Positions 25,482 to 38,862 of a stretch of DNA of 64,000 bases are shown here, in pieces; position 1 is the first letter of the stretch; the number at the start of each line of letters is the position of its first letter. Location of the stretch: NCBI GenBank assembly GCA_964016885.1, contig OZ024751.1, forward strand, positions 11,780,001 to 11,844,000, given 5' to 3'. The notes beneath the pieces are model-generated. The model worked only from the letters and a program-made list of their open reading frames with translations, searched no databases and was not told the origin of the DNA. The position numbers were made by a program, and so were the translations under genes. This DNA comes from Eledone cirrhosa. Taxonomy: Eukaryota.

Positions 25482-26247
25482 AACATAGGAATGCTTGTAA
25501 GGATTTTCTAAGCTTCTCTTTGAAATGGTAAAATTATGTAACAATGCCCGATCACATATCCTTAATTTTCTAATTTTCTAATTTTCTATTCAGACAATCT
25601 ACGTTCTGAATGCAAATCACAAAATCCCAAATTTTCCCGTCATTCTTCATGGGTCGATAACATATAATAACGTTCAAGTACCGGGTTATATATAATCGAC
25701 TTTGCCCTTCCCCAACATTGCAGATGCTATGGCTGCGTTAGATGGCTTTATAGTCATAGTTTTGATGTTTTTGTTACTGTTCTTTAGACGCACCCCGCTT
25801 CAGGAGACAGATACTTAAAGTACCCGCGTCTTAACAGCTCTGATTAAGTTATAATACATCAATCGTGGGTTTTATATGATGTCGCCTTTACTTCTAAACT
25901 AAATTCTTATGACTTGAGGGATATTTAATTGTGGAAATGTTTGTGTCTGGTGTCGCTAGTAAAGAACAAACAATGCAATGTGATGGAGTAGTTTTAGAGT
26001 TTGAAGGTTAATATATTATATCTTGAACGAAGCCCTCATATTTGCTTCTTTCCAATATCGCATGGTGCTGACGATGAGGGTTAAGTCAGAAGTTGTGACC
26101 TCCTAACATTATGAAATCTGGGTGAGAGTTGCCAGATAGTTTTAATTGCATAAGGGTTGTCTGAACAATTTCATAACACAGCACAATTTATCTTAAAAAA
26201 TGTAGAGGATCAGGTCTAATCTAGTAACAACACTGTATGTTCAGAAT

Positions 26248-26295
<48 letters not shown>

Positions 26296-26409
26296 CGCTG
26301 ATTTTGTCTTTGTCTTTCATGAATTGTCTGTTGATAAATGTAAGCACCAAGCATATACTTCTCTTCATTTAATTAAGGTCATCTATCAATACTACCTAAC
26401 GTGAGAAAT

Positions 26410-27150
26410 AATATTATTATTAAATAATTGTTTCTACTTTAGGCACAAGACTAGCAATTACCCAGTGCATTACTGGTACTTTATTTTATCGACCCCGTAA
26501 GGATGAAAGGCAAAGTCAACCTCGGCGGGATTTGAACTCAGATCGTAAAGGGACGTAACTATGCTGGAAAGCATGGTGTCTGACCCTCCACCGATACTGC
26601 CAATCCACCGCCCTTATTAAATAATAGTTTCTTATATAGGCACAATGCCAGCAATTTAGGAGGAGGAAAAAGTCGATTAAATCGACCCCAGTTCATTACT
26701 GGTACTTTATTTTATCGACCCCGTAATGATGAAAGGCAAAGCTAATCTCGGCGACATTTGAACTCAGATCGTAAAGCGGCCTAACTCTATGTTGCAAAGC
26801 ATGGCGTCCGACCCGCTTATCAATACTGCCAATCCACCGCCCTAATATTATTAAACAATAGTAGGGCGGTGGATTGGCTGTATCGGTAGAGCATCAGACA
26901 AGATGCTTTGCGGTGTTTACCAACCATATTCGACGGTCTGCCATCAAATCACGCCATAGTTAATTTTGACTCTCATCCTTCCGTGAACAATAATATAAGG
27001 TACCAGTTAAGTACTGGGGTCGATATAATCGATTTTCCGTATACTTAATATTGCTGGAATTGTGTCAAGGCTAGAATGAATTATTACAATATAATTGTTT
27101 CTACTTTTACGCACAAGGCCAGCAATTAACCAGTTCATTACTGGTACTTT
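26410..27150. mobile_element. SINE-A cluster: tandem minus dimer, old plus copy, partial minus copy
   Basis: Minus copies 26427-26613 and 26625-26842 are separated by ttattaaa(t/c)aat. A diverged plus copy lies at 26864-27085. Confidence 0.85.
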
Positions 27151-27249
27151 TAAGTTAACAGAAACCGTAATAATGTGTAGAGACGTGGACGCAATGACTC
27201 TACCATGTTTCAAAGAACTGGAATGATTTCTGAGAAACAAAATATTGAT

Positions 27250-27841
27250 CGTGGATGAAATCATCGTTTCTACTTTTGGCACAAGGCCAGCAATTAGGCC
27301 AGTGCATTACTGGTACTTTATTTTATCGACCCCGTAAAGATGAAAGGCAAAGTTAACCTCGACGGGATTTGAACTCAGATTGTAAAGGGCCGTAACTCTA
27401 TGCTGTAAAGCATGGCGTCCGACCCTCTACCGATACTGCCAATCCGTTCGTGAATGAAATAATTGTTTCTACTTCTGGCACAAGGCCAGCAATTCTCACA
27501 GTGTGTTACTGGTACTTTATTTTATCGACCCCGTAAAGATGAAAGGCAAAGTTAACCTCGACGGGATTTGAACTCAGATTGTAAAGGGCCGTAACTCTAT
27601 GCTGTAAAGCATGGCGTCCGACCCTCTACCGATACTGCCAATCCTTTCGTGAATGAAATAATTGTTTCTACTTTTGGCACAAGGCCAGCAATTCTCACAG
27701 TGTATTACTGGTACTTTATTTTATCGACCCCGTAAGGATGAAAAGCAAAGTTAACCTCGGCGGGATTTGAACTCAGATTGTAAAGGGGCATAACTCTTTG
27801 CTGCAAAGCATAGCGTCCGACCCTCTACCGATACTGCCAAT
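27250..27841 (-). repeat. SINE-A trimer, 199-bp period
   Basis: The spacer cgtg(g/a)atgaaat occurs at 27250, 27449 and 27648. Confidence 0.9.
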
Positions 27842-27845
27842 AATA

Positions 27846-27900
<55 letters not shown>

Positions 27901-28225
27901 CGATGTGGATTATGGTAATGATGATGATGATGATGATGATTATGGTGATTATAATAATGATGAGGATGATGCTGATGATGACGATGCTGATGATGATGAT
28001 GATGATGAAGATGATGACGATGATGGTTATGATATTGATCATGATGGCTATGATAATGATGCAGCTGCTGTTGATGATGATGACGGCGATGAGGATAATG
28101 ATGATGACGACGATGATGATGATGATGACGTTGGTGAGGAAGATAATAATGGTGGTGATGATGATGATGACGACGATGATGATGATGATGATCATGATCA
28201 TGATGGTGACAAGTATAATTATGAT
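27842..28225. repeat. (GAT)n degenerate trinucleotide repeat
   Basis: Direct observation. Confidence 0.95.
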
Positions 28226-28280
28226 AAAGCAGGTCATTTTTAATAACTGCTGCATCGTCAGTATCATCACCTTCCATTTG

Positions 28281-28337
28281 AGGTGGTGGTGGTGGTGATG
28301 GTGGTGGTGGTGGTGGTGGTGGTGGTGGTGGTGGTGG

Positions 28338-28368
<31 letters not shown>

Positions 28369-28517
28369 GATGGTGATAGTGGTGGTGATGGTGGTGGTGG
28401 TGATGGTGATGGTGATAGTGGTGGTGATGGTGGTGGTGGCGATGGTGGTGGTGGTGGTGGTGGTGGTGGTGATGGTGGTGGTGGTGGTGGTGATGGTGGT
28501 GATGCTGGTGGTGATGG

Positions 28518-28548
<31 letters not shown>

Positions 28549-28646
28549 GATGGTGATGGTGATAGTGGTGGTGATGGTGGTGGTGGCGATGGTGGTGGTG
28601 GTGGTGGTGGTGGTGGTGGTGGTGGTGGTGATGGTGGTGGTGGTGG

Positions 28647-28677
<31 letters not shown>

Positions 28678-28826
28678 GATGGTGATAGTGGTGGTGATGG
28701 TGGTGGTGGTGATGGTGATGGTGATAGTGGTGGTGATGGTGGTGGTGGCGATGGTGGTGGTGGTGGTGGTGGTGGTGGTGATGGTGGTGGTGGTGGTGGT
28801 GATGGTGGTGATGCTGGTGGTGATGG

Positions 28827-28857
<31 letters not shown>

Positions 28858-28955
28858 GATGGTGATGGTGATAGTGGTGGTGATGGTGGTGGTGGCGATG
28901 GTGGTGGTGGTGGTGGTGGTGGTGGTGGTGGTGGTGGTGATGGTGGTGGTGGTGG

Positions 28956-28986
<31 letters not shown>

Positions 28987-29135
28987 GATGGTGATAGTGG
29001 TGGTGATGGTGGTGGTGGTGATGGTGATGGTGATAGTGGTGGTGATGGTGGTGGTGGCGATGGTGGTGGTGGTGGTGGTGGTGGTGGTGATGGTGGTGGT
29101 GGTGGTGGTGATGGTGGTGATGCTGGTGGTGATGG

Positions 29136-29166
<31 letters not shown>

Positions 29167-29264
29167 GATGGTGATGGTGATAGTGGTGGTGATGGTGGTG
29201 GTGGCGATGGTGGTGGTGGTGGTGGTGGTGGTGGTGGTGGTGGTGGTGATGGTGGTGGTGGTGG

Positions 29265-29295
<31 letters not shown>

Positions 29296-29642
29296 GATGG
29301 TGATGGTGATAGTGGTGGTGATGGTGGTGGTGGCGATGGTGGTGGTGGTGGTGGTGGTGGTGGTGATGGTGGTGGTGGTGGTGGTGATGGTGGTGATGCT
29401 GGTGGTGATGGTGGTGGTGGTGGTGGTGGTGATGGTGGTGGTGTTGGTGTTGATGGTGGTGGTGGTGGTGATGGTGGTGATAGTGGTGGTGATGGTGGTG
29501 GTGGTGGTGGTGATGGTGGTGATGCTGGTGGTGATGGTGGTGGTGGTGGTGGTGGTGGTGATGGTGATGGTGGCGATGGTGATGGTGGTGATGGTGGTGA
29601 TGGTGGTGATGGTGATGGTGGTGATGGTGATGGTGGTAGTGG
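28281..29642. repeat. (GGT)n array with re-duplicated blocks of variant triplets
   Basis: The ordered variants gct/gat/gatagt/ggcgat recur in blocks. Confidence 0.95.
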
Positions 29643-29805
29643 AGTTGTTTGTCTTGCCTTTATTATTTTTACACCCCCCCCCATAACATTCCTGCCCCAC
29701 CTATAACCTCAACGCCATCATCACCATCACCATGAACATGACCATCACCTTTGTTATTATTAACATTACCATCATCATTATCGCCACAGTAACCATTGCA
29801 TGCCG

Positions 29806-29847
<42 letters not shown>

Positions 29848-29853
29848 CTACAG

Positions 29854-29884
29854 GCGAAATCGCTGGCACTGAACAATACAGAAT
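29854..29884 (+). other. Candidate 31-nt micro-exon
   Basis: ttattcctacAG | gcgaaatcgctggcactgaacaatacagaat | GTGAGT. Two frames are open (AKSLALNNTE, GEIAGTEQYR). Confidence 0.3.
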
Positions 29885-30233
29885 GTGAGTCACATTTGGA
29901 CTTCCTTCTCACTTTCTTATTTTCTTTCTTTTCTTCTCATTTTTATTTTATTTTTCTCGTTTCATTCTTTTTTTTTTCTTATTTCATGATTTTTTAAATT
30001 TTTTTTTTTCTTTTTCTTTTCTCTATTTTCTTTCGTGTTTTCATTTATTTTTGGGGTCTGAACAAATGCAGCTCAGTAATAATGGGACGAACAAACAAAA
30101 CACACATATAGAGACACACAAACAGACAGACATATTCATACCAATACAGACAGACATACGAACAGACAGACACACCTAGGCTATATATACACAAAATCAG
30201 ACATACAGAAATCCATACATGCTCACATAAAAT

Positions 30234-30264
<31 letters not shown>

Positions 30265-30283
30265 GTATATATATATATATATG

Positions 30284-30329
<46 letters not shown>

Positions 30330-30387
30330 CATATGTATCCGTATATATATACATTTACAGATAATACATACTTGTATACATAAAATA

Positions 30388-30443
<56 letters not shown>

Positions 30444-30488
30444 GTGTGTGTGTGAGAGAGAGTGCGTGGGTGTGTATGTATGTGTGTA

Positions 30489-30557
<69 letters not shown>

Positions 30558-31039
30558 CATACACAGACCAATACACACATATCTACACATATATTGGTAC
30601 ATTCACACATACATACATACATACATACATACATACATACACGCACACATACACACACACATACATACATACATACATACATACATACATACATACATAC
30701 ATACATACATACAAACATACAGGCAGACTGACAGACAGGCATGCAACCAAGAAGACAATGAGAGGGACAGACCTACTGACAGATAAGGCCAGGGCGAGTG
30801 TAAAGTTTATTCCGATGCAAGGGAGACAGCAGGCGAAACTATCAGGAGAAATAATCGAAATTGATTCGCCGAGAGACGGGGTTAGCTATAGGGCCAAGGC
30901 CTGTGTCCATCCACCTCTGACCAATAAGAAGTCGGGCCAAAAGGCTAATGCAATCAGTGCTTATCGTGTTGATAGAATGATTAACGGGCGTTGGTTAGTT
31001 TAACTGTCTTAGTCTGTCAGTCGATGTTCTGTCCTTGTG

Positions 31040-33620
31040 TTGCTGCTAATGGCACTACTGTCGGTGTTGATGTCGGTGTTGGTGTTACTGTTGGTTGAGA
31101 TGGTTGTAATGGCGTCGGTAGTGGTATTGTAGTTATTGTTGTTGTCGGGGGTGGTGGTGGGGGAGAGGTAGTGGTGGTGGTGGTGGTGGTGGTTGAAATG
31201 GTTGTAATGGCGTAGGTAGTGGTATTGTAGTTATTGTTATTGTTGGGTGGCGTTACTGTCGGTGTTGGTGTTACTGTTGGTTGAGATGGTTGTAATGGCG
31301 TCGTTAATGGTATTGTAGTTATTGTTGTTGTCGGGGGTGGTGGTGGGGGAGAGGTAGTGGTGGTGGTGGTGGTGGTGGTGGTTGAAATGGTTGTAATGGC
31401 GTCGGTAGTGGTATTGTAGTTATTGTTGTTGTCGGGGGTGGTGGTGGGGGAGAGATAGTGGTGGTAGGAGTGTCGTGGTGGTGGTGGTGGTGGTGGTGGT
31501 TGAGATGGTTGTAATGGCGTCGGTAGTGGTATTGTAGTTATTGTTATTGTCGGGGGTGATCGTGGGGGAGAGGTAGTGGTGGTAGGAGTGTCGTGGTGGT
31601 AGGAGTGTCGTGGTGGTAGGAGTGTCGTGGTGGTGGTTGAAATGGTTGTAATGGCGTCCGTAATGGTATTGTAGTTATTGTTGTTCTCGGAGGGGTGGGG
31701 TATGGTGGTAGAAGTGTCGTGGTGGTGGTGGTGGTTGAGATTGTTGTAATGGCGTCGGTAGTGGTATTGTAGTTATTGTTGTTGTCGGGGGTAGTGGTGG
31801 GGGAGAGGTAGTGGTGGTAGGAGTATCGTGGTGGGGGTGGTGGTGGGGGAGATGTAGTGGTGGTAGGAGTGTGGTGGTGGTGGTGGTGGTTGAAATGGTT
31901 GTAATGGCGTCGGTAGTGGTATTGTAGTTATTGTTGTTGTCGGGGGTAGTGGTGGGGGAGAGGTAGTGGTGGTAGGAGTATCGTGGTGGGGGTGGTGGTG
32001 GGGGAGATGTAGTGGTGGTAGGAGTGTGGTGGTGGTGGTGGTGGTTGAAATGGTTGTAATGGCGTCGGTAGTGGTATTGTAGCTATTGTTGTTGTTGGGG
32101 TGGCGCTACTGTCGGTGTTGATGTCGGTGTTGATGTTACTGTTGGTTGAGATGGTTGTAATGGCGTCGGTAATGGTATTGTAGTTATTGTTGTTGTCGGA
32201 GGGGTGGGGTAGTGGTGGTAGAAGTGTCGTGGTGGTGGTGGTGGTTGAGATCGTTGTAATGGCGTCGGTAGTGGTATTGTAGCTATTGTTGTTGTTGGGG
32301 TGGCGCTACTGTCGGTGTTGATGTTACTGTTGGTTGAGATGGTTGTAATGGCGTCGGTAGTGGTATTGTAGTTTTTGTTATTGTCGGGGGTGGTCGTGGG
32401 GGAGAGGTTGTGGTGGTAGGAGTGTCGTGGTGGTGGTGGTGGTTGAAATGGTTGTAATGGCGTCGGTAGTGGTATTGTAGTTTTTGTTATTGTCGGGGGT
32501 GGTCGTGGGGAAGAGGTAGTGGTGGTAGGAGTGTCGTGGTGGTGGTGGTGGTTGAAATGGTTGTAATGGCGTCGGTAGTGGTATTGTAGTTATTGTTGTT
32601 GTTGTTGGGGTGATGGTACTGGTGGTAGATTAGTCGTGGTAGAAGTGTCGTGGTGGTGGTGGTGGTGGTAGTGGTGGTAGGAGTCTCGGTGTTTCTGTTA
32701 GTTGAAATGGTTGTAATGGCGTCGGTAGTGGTATTGTACTTATTGTTGATGTTGGGGTGGTGGTAGTGTCGTTGTTAGTGTTGGTGTCGCTGTTGGTTGA
32801 AATGGTTGTAATGGCGTCCTTAATGGTGTTGTAGTTATTGTTGTTGTTGGGGTGGTGGTAGTGTCGTTGTTAGTGCTGGTGTCGCTGTTGGTTGAAATGG
32901 TTGTAATGGCGTCGTTAATGGTATTGTAGTTATTGTTGTTGTTGGGGTGGTGGTAGTGTCGTTGTTAGTGTTGGTGTCGCTGTTGGTTGAGATGGTTGTA
33001 ATGGCGTCGTTAATGGTGTTGTAGTTATTGTTGTTGTTGGGGTGGTGGTAGTGTCGTTGTTAGTGTTGGTGTTGCTGTTGGTTGAGATGGTTGTAATGGC
33101 GTCGTTAATGGTGTTGTAGTTATTGTTGTTGTTGGGGTGGTGGTAGTGTCGTTGTTAGTGGTGTTGCTGTTGGTTGAGATGGTTGTAATGGCGTCGTTAA
33201 TGGTATTGTAGTTATTGTTGTTGTTGGGGTGGTGGTAGTGTCGTTGTTAGTGTTGGTGTCGCTGTTGGTTGAGATGGTTGTAATGGCGTCGTTAATGGTG
33301 TTGTAGTTATTGTTGTTGTTGGGGTGGTGGTAGTGTCGTTGTTAGTGTTGGTGTCGCTGTTGGTTGAGATGGTTGTAATGGCGTTGTTAATGGTGTTGTA
33401 GTTTTTGTTGTTGTTGGGGTGGTGATAGTGGTAGGAGGGTCGGTGGTGGTGGTTGTAGGAGTGCATTTATTGTAATGGTATCGTTGGAGTTTGTCGTAGG
33501 AGTGTCGTTGTTGGTTGAGATGATTGTAATGGCGTCGGTAGTGGTATTGTTGTTATTGTTGTTGTCGGGGCTGGTGGTAGTGGTTTTAGGAGTGTCGTTG
33601 GTGGTATTATTATTGTTGTG
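31040..33620. repeat. Complex GT-rich minisatellite (core gttga(a/g)atggttgtaatggcgtcg...), ~95-bp regular units at 32700-33420
   Basis: The recurrent core is interspersed with variable GGT modules. Confidence 0.9.
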
Positions 33621-34480
33621 GTGGTGGTAGTTTTAGGAGTGCATTTATCGTAATGGTATCGGTGGTGGTTGTGGTTGTGGTGGTTGTAATGGTATCAGTG
33701 TTGGTTGATATCGTTGTAATGTATTCGGTGATGGTATTTTTGTGGTGGTGGTGGTAGTAGGGGTGTCGATATTGGTCCAGATGGTTGTGATGCCGTCGAT
33801 GGTGGTGGTGGTGGTCGTCGTCGTCGTCGTCGCCATCGTCGTCCTAGTCATGGTTCTATTGTCGGTGGTGATGGTGATGGTGATGGTTGTAATAATGAAG
33901 CTGATAAGGGTGCTACTGTTGGCGTTGGTGGTAGGAAACTCGTTATTATTGGTGGTGATTGGAATGGTGTTGGTGCTGGTGCTGGTAATGGGTATTTGTG
34001 GTTGCGGTGGTAATGATGTTGGTGATGATGATGATTGTAACGGAGATGGCGGTTGTAGAGGTGTTCGGGCTTGTGACGGGGGTGGGGTGGTTTTATTGGT
34101 GCTGGTATTGGCAGTGGTGACGCTGGTTGCGGTGAGATGTATAGGTGTTTGTTATTGTTGTTGTGAAGGTTGTTGTGTTTAGTGGTTGTGGTGGTGGCGT
34201 TGTAGTTGGGGTGTTGATGGTGATTGCATTGGCGGAGGTGTTGGTGGTGCTGTTAGTGCTGGAGGTGGTGTTAGTGGTGGTTTTCGTTGTGGGGTTGTAG
34301 TTAGGGCTTGTGATGTTGGTTGTATTGGTGGATGTGGTGGTGGTTGTGATGTTAGTGGTGGTTGCGGCGGTGGGTTTGTAGTTAGGGGTGTTGATGGTGG
34401 TTGTATTGATTGTGGTTGTACTGGTTGTGGTAGTTGTGGTAGTTATGGTGCTGGTGGGAGTGCTGCCGCTAATGAAGGCG

Positions 34481-34650
34481 AGAAGAAGAAGAAGAAGAAG
34501 AAGAAGAAGAAGAAGAAGAAGAAGAAGAAGAAGAAGAAGAAGAAGAAGAAGAAGAAGAAGAAGAAGAAGAAGAAGAAGAAGAAGAAGAAGAAGAAGAAGA
34601 AGAAGAAGAAGAAGAAGAAGAAGAAGAAGAAAAAAAAAAAAAAAAAGAAG
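34481..34650. repeat. (AAG)n microsatellite plus A run
   Basis: Direct observation. A degenerate (GAAT)n tract follows at 34830-35170. Confidence 0.95.
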
Positions 34651-35569
34651 TCAAAGAGGAAGGGAGAGTGTATTGTATGGAAAAGTAGACAGCACTTTTT
34701 CTAAGAAGTCTGCGTTGGTGTTCATTGCAGACAATGGGAAGATGGAGATGGAGTAGTGAAAGTGAAAGTACAAATGGAAGTGTTGGGATTATGAAACTAA
34801 ATTATACAGAGTGAATAACAGAATAGACGAATATATGAATGAAAGATTGAAAGAATGAATGATTTAATGAAATAATTAATGAATTAATTAATGAAAGAAT
34901 AAAACAATGGCAGAATTAATAAAAGAATCATAGATTAAAAGAATGAATGTTTCAAATGAATGAATGAAGAAAGGAAAGAATGAAAATGAATAAATGAATA
35001 TATCAAGTGAAGAATGAATGAAAACATTGAATAATAAACTGATTAATGAAAGAAAGAAAATGAATGAATAAAAGAATGAAGAATGAAAGGATAAATGAAA
35101 GAATAAAAAAGGAATGAAAAAATTGAATGAATATCAGAATGAATTAATGAATATATGAATTGAGGAATAAATATAGTGATGTTGGTTATTGTTGATATCT
35201 TTGTGGTGGTCATGGTAGGGGTTTATGCACAGGTAATCCCTGGTTTTCTAAACATAGGACCAATGCTTTCTTTTAGGGCGCTCCCTTGATTATATGATCC
35301 GAAGTTCTTTTCCATTTTTAAAGACATTACTACATGATTTGAACGAGGTTTGTCTATTATGTCTAGCGAACTGAGACCTTGTACAAGTTGGCTCGTGGAA
35401 TTATATATATGTTGTTTTGTTGTAGTCATAGTCATTTTTGTTGTCGATGTTGCTGTAATTATTGTTGTTGTTTAGTGACGTATACAAATTGTCTGCTCTA
35501 TTCATTATGTCTGAGCACACTATTAGCAGTGATTGTATCTGCAAAATAAAATGTTAGATTCTATTGTAA

Positions 35570-35970
35570 TTTTAATGATTTCAAATTTAGGCACAAGGCC
35601 AGCAATTTTGTGGAGAGTGGAAAGTTGATAATATTGACCCCAGTACTTGACTGGTACATTATTTTATTGATCTCAGTAGGAGGAAAGGCAACGTCGAGGT
35701 ATTTTATTGTAATTTTAATAATTTTCCGGCTCTTTACATTCTGATTTCAATTTTGCCTTTCATGCTTGTCAGGGTTGATTAAATTCAGTACCAGTAAATT
35801 AATAGGGGTGTTCACATAAACGAGACCCCCCCCCCCACACACACACAAAGAATTGCTGGTTATATGACTAAATTAGAATAAAATAAATACCATTAATGAA
35901 CTGAAGTCGATTTAATCGACTTTACCCTCCCCTACAAGTGTTGGCCTTGTGCCTAAATCAGAAACCATTG
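35570..35970. mobile_element. Decayed SINE-A fragments in both orientations
   Basis: ggcacaaggccagcaatttt..., ttgcctttcat...gtaccag, and ggccttgtgcctaaatcagaaac. Confidence 0.65.
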
Positions 35971-37134
35971 TCATATTTAAGTGCACAATAGGTGCAGCAC
36001 CTTTGCCATTTTATCCGCGGTGTGCAGCTGAACCACCGCTCTATCAGGGGAGTAGGCCCTGTCACCTCCTCCAATTTTCTTTTCTTTCGTCGTTTGATTC
36101 CCTTTTTTCTTAATTCTTGTAATTTTTTTTTTTTTGTTACTCTATGGCCATATTTTACGTCTTTTTTTACTAAAATATAATTTACATTGCAATACATATG
36201 TAAATTTCAAAATATTAAAACAAATATTAAAGTAGGGGCCTAGAACTATGAGGTGTTCGAATGGGAATAGAGGAGGCTGTGATATCTTCTCATTCAGGGA
36301 TGGTAACACTTTTAGTTTCATTGATTTAATCGAATTGATTAAAGTACATTGCGCCCTGCAATGTTAGATAGGTCAACGTGGGCGTTGAGGTTATAGTTAA
36401 AGGTTTAGTATGTCATGTAGTATCTTTTATGAAAACTAATGGCTCGAAATTATGAAGCAGTTGTTGAAGAAAATGAAATGATGTGTCGTACATTGTATAC
36501 TCAATTTTAGGGAAATCTGACTGTTATTTCCAGCAAATCTTTTAGTCATATTCAGGCTGCTAATATTGTTATGGCTGCCACACAGTGCCAAAAGCATTAA
36601 AATTATCACCGTTTACTAATTACTACTATAATTGAAGTGTCTGCATACTGTTGCTCTATAGGGTGAATGCATTGTATGAAATATTATTGCCAGAGGCAAA
36701 TTAGCTAGAAGGTATATGAGAATATATACCTGGAAGAGGTGTCGAGTTATTTAAAGATCGAAGTGGCTGATGGTGTAGGAGGTGATCAGGTGACGTAGAG
36801 ATTTATGTTTAAGGAGGTTATGCTTATTGGACGTGGTGTTCGGGGTTAATGTGTGTGGTGTCTATAGTTCATATTTGTGTGTCTATTGTGTGATGGTGGC
36901 GAAGGTAATATGTCATAGCTGTTAGAAAGAAGAGTTATATTGATAATACTGAACTACAGAATACATTAACTTTTAACATGTTGCAGAAGATATCTAAAAA
37001 CAGGTTTGTTAATTCTAATGTGTAAAGTATATATAAAACTGAAGAGATCTCTTAAACTAAACACTCGTGTTATGTTATACAGCCATAGTGCTGTTCTTTA
37101 CTTTTTAAAAATGTGGTTTTATGCGGTATATATA

Positions 37135-37552
37135 GGGCGTTAGCATGCAACAGCGGCCACACCCTGGTAAACCGCCTTGGCTGGCGGGCCGAACCAGGTT
37201 GAGAGTAGCCGGACGGGTCTGAAACCCCCCGTTTAGTTAGATAGGGGATGTTTGCTCCTGCATGCAAAGACTGGATCCGGCGGAGTGAGTGGGGGAGGAC
37301 AACATCGTCCCAACAGTCACAAAGGCGGCGACAGCAAGCGGTGTGGAGCGCTAGGCCACTTGGAGGCACTACAGACGCCGTGGCCATCAACTGCAGCCAA
37401 GGAAGTCCCTGGTCTTTACGGTCCTCCGTACCACCGGATTCTGGCTTCTGCGGTCGAGTGAGTGCGACCGTCACTGTGCACTGGCACTCACACAATAAAC
37501 CTTACCCGCACAGGTTTCTTTTTAACGTGCACTCCCAAAGCCCTGCGGTGAT
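37135..37552 (+). mobile_element. GC-rich structured segment resembling the 5' leader of an RTE-clade LINE
   Basis: Abrupt GC-rich island after tatatata with nested hairpins. The motifs ggttgagagtagcc..gggtct..aaaccc and aaagactgg.tccggcgga are recalled from RTE 5' UTRs and have not been verified. Confidence 0.45.
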
Positions 37553-37708
37553 GAAGAAGATGTCATCATCGTTTACGATGGACGACCAAGAAGATAGGGC
37601 GTTGAGGGCTAAAATAGTGAAACATATATCTAAAACTTTGTGGTGGCGGTGTTGCTTCGATATTTAGACAAGGAGATTTTTGGAGCTGCATTTTCATTGA
37701 GACATTAC

Positions 37709-37832
<124 letters not shown>

Positions 37833-37954
37833 ATATATATATACATATATATATATATAACTTTGATAATTTTGATAGGTTTCGGCCAGTATTGGCCCAG
37901 GCCATGTCTCACTTAATAGCACCACCTGGTAAATATATATATATATATATATAA

Positions 37955-38100
37955 ATTTGAAGACTAAAATCCAAAGAGGGCTCGATAAGAATAAATATAT
38001 ATCAAATATATAAGAACCCTAGAGCAAATATTTATTAAAATAACAGATTAAAGTTTAAGCAAAGAATCGATGCTTTCACCCTTAACGGGATCTTCTGAAA
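37955..38100 (-). mobile_element. PLE pLTR family C copy
   Basis: Reverse complement of 5631-5775. It is truncated just upstream of the CAGAAGA core. Confidence 0.8.
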
Positions 38101-38862
38101 CACACACACACACGCAGACACACACATATATCTGTTAGAGTCGCAGTGACTAACAACAGAATGTTTTAAGTCTGCATGTTGTCTGACAATATATGCGTAG
38201 CTTGTGAATAAAAGATTCAAGGGGTATCGCTGGCCGTGGCGATTCCTTCCAAACATGTTTTGTAATGTATCGTCTTATTGGCTAATTTCATCGTCTTACT
38301 GGCTAATCAACGAAGGAGAGTAATTGTTGCTCAAAAGCGTTTTGTTTGCACGTTTATCGTTTCGCTTTCGAACCTCTCTCCTGTATTTTGTCGTTTTATC
38401 ATCAAAATATTTTTCTCGTTTTCGTAAGTTATATTGTTAATTTATATATGATTTTTTAAATTTATATTAACTATTTCTTTTTCAGTTCGTTAGAAGATGC
38501 TTAGAATATTGGTTGTATCATATTTACTTGTATATATGTCCATATTATTGTTCGTTTTATGTTAGATTATTTTATTATTATTATGTTAGATTATTTTTTT
38601 ATTATTATATTAGACTATTTGTATGTAATATTTAATTTTCATTAATTCAACTATAACAATTATTAAATATATTTATTTAATATTGATTGTTTTTTGTAGT
38701 TGTTTATATTAAAAGTCTGAAAATATTTGTATAATCTTACAATAATATTTATAAGACCATTTATAAAATAACAATTATATAATCTAATCAACGATAATTT
38801 ATTATTAATATATATCATGTTTAACTAGAGTTATTACAGGTGTTGCCTTAAACAAATATTAA

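Noticed and set aside
27825-29700. Extensin/formin-like poly-Pro, poly-Thr and poly-Val ORFs
   Set aside because: All are frames of one (GGT)n array, with no unique coding flanks.
34186-34756. Gly/Cys plus poly-Lys or poly-Arg ORFs
   Set aside because: Degenerate GGT sequence fused to (AAG)n.
37070-37667. 139-141 aa ORFs over the GC-rich island
   Set aside because: No recognisable protein motif. Open frames are expected from GC content, and the sequence reads better as a structured UTR.
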